This document shows, one piece after another, positions 28,818-32,000 of a stretch of 32,000 nt of DNA (position 1 is its first letter; the number at the start of each line of letters is the position of its first letter). The translations under genes and the position numbers were made by a program. The notes under the pieces are model-generated. The model searched no databases and had not been told where the DNA came from. It was given only the letters and a program-made list of their open reading frames with translations. Source of the stretch: Mycolicibacterium smegmatis (GTDB taxonomy: Bacteria > Actinomycetota > Actinomycetes > Mycobacteriales > Mycobacteriaceae); contig NZ_LN831039.1 in NCBI RefSeq assembly GCF_001457595.1, positions 2,220,001 to 2,252,000 on the forward strand, in the 5' to 3' direction.

Positions 28818-30149
28818 TCACAGCTCCACGCTGGGCATCGGTTGACGGGTGCGGTGCACCTCGTCGATGTCCAGGCCCATCAGGCCGGCGCAGGCCGCGC
28901 CGTAGGCCTTGGCCGCCGTCACCATGTCGTCGATGCAGACGTACTCACCGTTGGCGCTGCGGGGATCACCGCTGGCATTGGGTGAGGCGCTGTCATCGAC
29001 GCGGGTACGGCCCAACCCGTAGAGCACGGTGGGGATGCCCAGCCGGTTCGAATCGATGGCATCCGAGCACCACGGTGGCCCGAACACCGGCCCCAGATCC
29101 TCACCGGCCGCCTGATTGTGGGCGTCGACCATGCGCTCGACGACCAGGCTGCTCGGGCTGACCAGAGCACCCGGCCGCGACATGTACCAGTCCACCCGGG
29201 CGTCGCCGCGCAGATGTTTGGCCGCGATCTCGGTGACCCGGGAGGTGAAGTCGCGTTGGACGTCGATGGGGAAGACGTTCGGGGGGAAGCGGATGTCGAC
29301 GTACATGCTGCAGGTGTTCGCGGTGCGGGCGGCCCGCCACGGGTGCCCGCCGCGGATCGCGGCGAAGTTCACCTGCGGCGCCACGCCCTGGAACACGAAG
29401 TTCTTGCGATAGTCCGCGACCCAGTCGTTGAGTTCATGCCGCAGTGTCCACATCTCGTCGATCGCGCTGGTCGAGCGGTCCGCCCAGGCGCTGTGGGTGA
29501 ACGACCCCGAGGTGGTGATCTTGGCCCACGTCGAACCCATGTGCCCGACGTGAGGCACCAGCCCCGTCGGTTCGCCCAGGATGTGGAAATCCGCCACATA
29601 CCCGTGCTGCAACAGGTATCGAAGTCCCACGCCCTGGCTGTCGTAGCGGCGGCCGGTGAACTCGTCGACCGACCCGAGTTCGATCTCACCGCAGGTGCCG
29701 GCGATCACCACGTCGCCGGCGAAGGAAACGCCGGCGCGGCGCATCGCATCCATCATTGCGGCGTAGCAGACGAAGGCGCCTTTCATGTTGAAGATGCCGT
29801 TGCCCCAGATGATCCTGTCGTCGACGACGGGTGTGTTCTTCCAGCCGTCGCCGATCAGCCACGGCTCATCACCGCGCACCGAACTGTCCAGGTGACCGCT
29901 GAACAGCACGTGTGGTCCGGTGCCGTTCCCGCGCCACCGTGCTGCGACGTTGACCCGGTCCACGTCGCCGTCGCTGTAGAGCGTCTGCAGCTCGGATTCC
30001 AGGCCCAGATCGCCGTAGACCTCCTTCAGCAGCACGGCGAGGTCGTATTCTTCCCCGGTGGGGCTGGGGGTTTCGATGACACGTTTGGCCAGGTCGACAA
30101 TCAGCGATTCGTCGATCAGATCGGCGAATTTCTCGAAATCGAACTCCAC
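28818..30149 (-). CDS. M20 family peptidase / amidohydrolase (ArgE/DapE-like)
   Basis: 443 aa; LFSGHLDSSVRGDEPWLIGDGWKNTPVVDDRIIWGNGIFNMKGAFVCYAAMMDAM, AGTCGEIE metal-ligand regions. Confidence 0.92.
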   Translation of the reverse strand: MEFDFEKFADLIDESLIVDLAKRVIETPSPTGEEYDLAVLLKEVYGDLGLESELQTLYSDGDVDRVNVAARWRGNGTGPHVLFSGHLDSSVRGDEPWLIGDGWKNTPVVDDRIIWGNGIFNMKGAFVCYAAMMDAMRRAGVSFAGDVVIAGTCGEIELGSVDEFTGRRYDSQGVGLRYLLQHGYVADFHILGEPTGLVPHVGHMGSTWAKITTSGSFTHSAWADRSTSAIDEMWTLRHELNDWVADYRKNFVFQGVAPQVNFAAIRGGHPWRAARTANTCSMYVDIRFPPNVFPIDVQRDFTSRVTEIAAKHLRGDARVDWYMSRPGALVSPSSLVVERMVDAHNQAAGEDLGPVFGPPWCSDAIDSNRLGIPTVLYGLGRTRVDDSASPNASGDPRSANGEYVCIDDMVTAAKAYGAACAGLMGLDIDEVHRTRQPMPSVEL

Positions 30150-30200
30150 TGCGGCACTCCTCTTACTCGTTGAAACTACGGAGAGACTGAATTTTTGGTG

Positions 30201-30980
30201 TCAGAGATCGGACTGGTAGCGCGTGTAGCGGCCCCACACGTTCTCGAAGAGGTACTTGACCAACCGATCCGACAGGAATCCCATCAGCGAGATCACCGCC
30301 AATGCGACGAACATTCGATCCGTTTGTCCCTGCAGCGACGACTGCTGTAGCAGCGCACCGACACCCCGTTGGGCCGCCAACAGCTCGGCGGGAACGATGG
30401 TCATGAAGGCCGAGGCCACTCCGAGGCGCACTCCGGCGGCAATGTAGGGCACCGCCGAGGGCAGCACGATCCGGAAGAAGATGACTCCCTCGGAGGCTCC
30501 GAAACAGCGGGCGGCCCGAACCCGGGTGCGGGGCGTGCCCGCCACCCCGGCGATGGTGTTCACCGTCACGAAGAACACCACGCCCCAGAACACCAGGAAG
30601 TACTTGGAGTTCTCACCGATCCCGAACCACACGATCGAGATCGGGATCATCGCCGTCGGCGACAGGTTACGCATCAGCTGCATGACCGGATCAAGCAGTC
30701 GCTCAATGACTTTGACCTGACCGATGAGGATGCCCATCACCACGCCGACGACGCTGCCTGCGATCAGTCCGACGTACACCCGGCGCAGCGAGGCGAGTAC
30801 GTCGGGCCAGATGCGGCCGGTGCTGACCAACTCCCATGCCCGTGCGGCCACCTGCTGCGGCGGCGGCACGAGGGCCGGGTTGAACAGCGTCATCGACAGG
30901 ATCCACCAGACGGTGACGAAGATGGCCAACGAGGCGAGCGTCCATGCGACCGTTCGCAGTGCTTCACGCATGGGCGGCAC
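30201..30980 (-). CDS. ABC transporter permease (SsuC/TauC-like)
   Basis: 259 aa; ASLRRVYVGLIAGSVVGVVMGILIGQVKVIERLLDPVMQLMRNLSPTAMIPISIVWFGIGENSKYFLVFWG permease signature. Confidence 0.93.
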   Translation of the reverse strand: MPPMREALRTVAWTLASLAIFVTVWWILSMTLFNPALVPPPQQVAARAWELVSTGRIWPDVLASLRRVYVGLIAGSVVGVVMGILIGQVKVIERLLDPVMQLMRNLSPTAMIPISIVWFGIGENSKYFLVFWGVVFFVTVNTIAGVAGTPRTRVRAARCFGASEGVIFFRIVLPSAVPYIAAGVRLGVASAFMTIVPAELLAAQRGVGALLQQSSLQGQTDRMFVALAVISLMGFLSDRLVKYLFENVWGRYTRYQSDL

Positions 30981-31785
30981 TCCCCAACGACCGGCCGATG
31001 GTGTCGATCAGCGTCGACAGCTCGGGATCGGTGGTGCTTCGTGGCCGGTCCGCCGGAATGTCGAAGCGGTGCTTGATCTTGGCGCGGGGCCCGGTGCTCA
31101 TCACATAGACGGTGTCCGAGAGCAGCACTGCCTCGCCGACATCGTGGGTGACGAACACGACGGTCTTTCCGCTTCCCGCCCAGATCCGCAACAATTCGCG
31201 CTGCATCACCTCTCGGGTGATCGCGTCCAACGCACCGAACGGCTCGTCCATCAGCAGCACCGCCGGATCGACCGACAGCGCCCGGGCCAGTTGCAGCTTC
31301 TGGCGCATACCCCCGGACAGCTGCGGGGGAATGGAGTCGCGGTGCCGGTCGAGCCCGACCATGGTCAGCAGTTCATCCACCCGGGCGGGCCAATCCGAGC
31401 GTGGGACATGCGCCAGGGACAGCGCGAACTCGACGTTGGCCTGCACCGTGCGCCAGGGCAACAGTGCCTGCAACGAGTCCTGAAAGCACATGACGCGTTG
31501 CGGTGAGGGCCCGTTGATCGGTTCGCCCTGGAATTCGACGCCACCCGAATCGGGCAGATCGAAACCGGCTAGCATGTTCAGCAGGGTCGACTTGCCGCAA
31601 CCCGACGGTCCGAGCAGGCTGACAAATTCTCCCTCCCGTATATCGACGGAGCATTCCGACAGCACGTCATTGTGATTGTTCTTGACCGAAAAACGCTTCG
31701 TCACCCGATCGGCCCGCAGGATGAACTGCTCGCCGGATTGTTTCTGCCGCTTGGTGTCGCCGCCCGTATCGCGACCGACGTTCAT
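30964..31785 (-). CDS. ABC transporter ATP-binding protein (SsuB/TauB-like)
   Basis: Likely start ATG 31785 (MNVGRDTGGDTKRQ); SLLGPSGCGKSTLLNMLAGF, LSGGMRQKLQLARALSVDPAVLLMDEPFGALDAITREVMQ. 17-bp overlap with the permease. Confidence 0.93.
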   Translation of the reverse strand: MNVGRDTGGDTKRQKQSGEQFILRADRVTKRFSVKNNHNDVLSECSVDIREGEFVSLLGPSGCGKSTLLNMLAGFDLPDSGGVEFQGEPINGPSPQRVMCFQDSLQALLPWRTVQANVEFALSLAHVPRSDWPARVDELLTMVGLDRHRDSIPPQLSGGMRQKLQLARALSVDPAVLLMDEPFGALDAITREVMQRELLRIWAGSGKTVVFVTHDVGEAVLLSDTVYVMSTGPRAKIKHRFDIPADRPRSTTDPELSTLIDTIGRSLGSAAHA

Positions 31786-31836
31786 ACCCGGATACCTCCA
31801 CAGTGTGGTAATCGCCTTTGACACAGCACAACCGGT

Positions 31837-32000
31837 TTATTGAACCCGCGGCAGAACCTTTTCGCCGATCAGCTTGATCTGGGCTTCCCGATCGTCACCC
31901 CACAGCTCCAGCTGGACGTGCCGGCAACCGCTGTCGCGATGCTCGATGATCAGATCGGCGACCTCTTCGGGCGTGCCCGCAATGACCTTGGTCTTGTCCA
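31837..32000 (-). CDS. Luciferase-like (LLM) flavin monooxygenase, C-terminal fragment running off the window
   Basis: Reverse translation from the right edge: DKTKVIAGTPEEVADLIIEHRDSGCRHVQLELWGDDREAQIKLIGEKVLPRVQ-stop; the V.AGTPEEVAD.I tail is typical of LLM enzymes. Confidence 0.65.
   Translation of the reverse strand, partial: DKTKVIAGTPEEVADLIIEHRDSGCRHVQLELWGDDREAQIKLIGEKVLPRVQ

Noticed and set aside
29118-30173. 351-aa plus-strand ORF and a 301-399 aa series elsewhere (e.g. 1284-2483, 2509-3630)
   Set aside because: All are opposite to minus-strand genes with conserved catalytic motifs; shadow ORFs.

Overview
This 32 kb high-GC window looks like a fast-growing mycobacterial chromosome, close to Mycolicibacterium smegmatis. 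That assignment rests on the recognisable core-gene order and on the tmRNA tag ADSNQRDYALAA. Most genuine genes on the left and right are on the minus strand. Many long plus-strand ORFs in the supplied track are GC-driven shadow ORFs. Left part (1-7.8 kb): a catabolic cluster with an acyl-CoA dehydrogenase, a TetR regulator, an HMG-CoA-lyase-like enzyme, a type III CoA-transferase, an alpha/beta hydrolase, a homogentisate-dioxygenase-like protein, a GrpB-family protein and an acyl-CoA-dehydrogenase-fold flavin monooxygenase. Middle: an antigen 85 mycolyltransferase, then fadB4-fadE23-fadE24-like genes, an inositol-monophosphatase-family gene (Rv3137/hisN-like), fprA, prfB, an MscS-type channel, a Thr/Pro-rich membrane protein, ftsE, ftsX, smpB, an S58/P1 peptidase and ssrA (tmRNA) with a clear intrinsic terminator. 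Right part (22.4-32 kb): a selenium-binding/methanethiol-oxidase-like protein, a cutinase with a Pro-Gly-Tyr-rich tail, a TauE/SafE permease, and an SsuABC/NMT1-type ABC importer cluster carrying M20, FAH, C45-type and luciferase-like monooxygenase genes. I see no CRISPR array, phage or transposon. The best candidates for undescribed biology are the transporter/hydrolase/monooxygenase cluster (25.75-32 kb), the catabolic cluster with an atypical HGD-like enzyme (1-7.8 kb), and a perfect 16+16 bp palindrome upstream of fadE24.
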